Source: Spirochaetota bacterium (GTDB taxonomy: Bacteria; Spirochaetota; Spirochaetia; Treponematales; UBA12059). From it: 64,000 bases of DNA. Where the stretch lies: positions 18,536 to 82,535 of the forward strand of contig JANNSO010000053.1 of assembly GCA_031402655.1 (NCBI GenBank). Reading direction: 5' to 3'. Position 1 is the first letter of the stretch. Each line of letters starts with the position of its first letter. Position numbers and translations under genes: made by a program. The notes under the pieces are model-generated. The model was not told the DNA's origin. It searched no databases and worked only from the letters and a program-made list of their open reading frames with translations. Shown here piece after piece: positions 63,273 to 64,000 of the stretch.

Positions 63273-64000
63273 ACACAGGAAGCGTGGATGTAAGCACTTC
63301 GGGCCTGCGCCACGGCTGCGGAGTATTCGAGACTATCCGCGTTATAGATGGCAAGCCACTGCGCCTGGGCCTGCACCTGGAACGCATGCGCGCAGGCGCT
63401 GCCTTTTTTGCCATCGGCGACATCCCTGCCTGCGATGCCGTATCCGCCTTCCTTGCCTGCAGCGGGCGCATTCCCCCGGGAGCTGCGGGAGCCGAAGGAT
63501 CACTGCGCCTCTACGCCTTTGATGGCCGTATCGCGGTTTCCTATACGCCCGGCCTGCCAGCCATGCCGAACCCTGCAGGCGCCGCCGTTTCAGAAACCAT
63601 AGTACGATATTCTAAAAGCCCGCTGTGCCGGTTCAAGACCATGTCCTACCTGGAAAACCTGCTCCTCGTCCGGGAGGCGGAAACGCGCGGCTGCTTCGAT
63701 ATGCTGGCCCTCAACGAGCGTGGCACGATAAGCGACGGCGGCAGGACCAGCCTGTTCATGGTGCTCGGCGGCACGCTCTACACGCCGCCGACCTCGGATG
63801 GCGCCCTGCCCGGCATCGCCCGCAGGGCATTGCTTAAAAGCGGTCTGGCTCAGGAGCGCAGCCTGAGTCCTGCAGACCTGCATGCCTGCACGGCCGCCCT
63901 GCTTACGAATGCCCTTCGCCTGGCCATCCCACTGCACTACCTGTGCGACAGGCCCATGGATACCCGTCACCAGGCGATTGCCCAGGCCGTAGAAATATTG
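63257..64000 (+). CDS. pabC: Aminodeoxychorismate lyase-like class IV aminotransferase (runs to the window end with no stop seen; 3' end not determined)
   Basis: Hand-translated frame 2 from ATG 63257 is open for 248 codons to the window end: MLELIDTGS..GCGVFETIRV..NLLLVREAETRGCFDMLALNERGTISDGGRTSLFMV..GTLYTPPTSDGALPGIARRALL. Not in the ORF track, probably because it has no stop in the window. Confidence 0.75.
   Translation, partial: MLELIDTGSVDVSTSGLRHGCGVFETIRVIDGKPLRLGLHLERMRAGAAFFAIGDIPACDAVSAFLACSGRIPPGAAGAEGSLRLYAFDGRIAVSYTPGLPAMPNPAGAAVSETIVRYSKSPLCRFKTMSYLENLLLVREAETRGCFDMLALNERGTISDGGRTSLFMVLGGTLYTPPTSDGALPGIARRALLKSGLAQERSLSPADLHACTAALLTNALRLAIPLHYLCDRPMDTRHQAIAQAVEIL

Overview
The window reads as chromosomal DNA from a diderm bacterium. 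CheX, an RRM-type RNA-binding protein, Jag and LolA-like/FtsX sets are reminiscent of spirochaetes, but I cannot verify taxonomy without a search. There are four blocks. (1) 1-2950: the 3' part of a class III nucleotide cyclase, a TPR membrane protein and a small RRM protein. (2) 2973-36993: about 34 kb in which every gene I call is on the minus strand, forming a Wzx/Wzy-type surface-glycan supercluster. It encodes a WecA-like initiating transferase, RfbBDC, glycosyltransferases, Wzy-, Wzx- and Wzz-like proteins, and a complete WbpA/B/E/D/I-type UDP-2,3-diacetamido-mannuronate pathway with extra paralogues. It also holds four exported beta-barrel candidates and a LolA-like plus twin FtsX permease module with no ATPase. 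An AbiEi/AbiEii toxin-antitoxin pair with its own promoter and operator sits inside the sugar pathway. Roughly 7.1-21.4 kb is visibly lower in G+C than the flanks. (3) 37.2-43.4 kb: an accessory islet with HicAB, a frameshifted GrpB remnant, an EPS-type MarR regulator, two copies of a 142-bp MITE-like double-hairpin element that supply the C-termini and stops of two ORFs, an intact GrpB-family gene, a YitJ-like MetF fusion, a degenerate nucleotidyltransferase pair and MntA/HepT. (4) 43.5-64 kb: housekeeping genes, namely jag-yidC-yidD-rnpA-rpmH, two response regulators, acylphosphatase, a group-2-like sigma factor, GlgX, a CheY/CheX/membrane Hpt-kinase operon, archaeal-type AspRS, an OlsF-like bifunctional acyltransferase, a CPBP protease and pabABC. 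The best candidates for something undescribed are the ATPase-less LolA-like/FtsX/beta-barrel module in a glycan operon that lacks Wza/Wzc, and the MITE-like element family. All functional calls rest on motifs read by eye and need HMM or BLAST confirmation.
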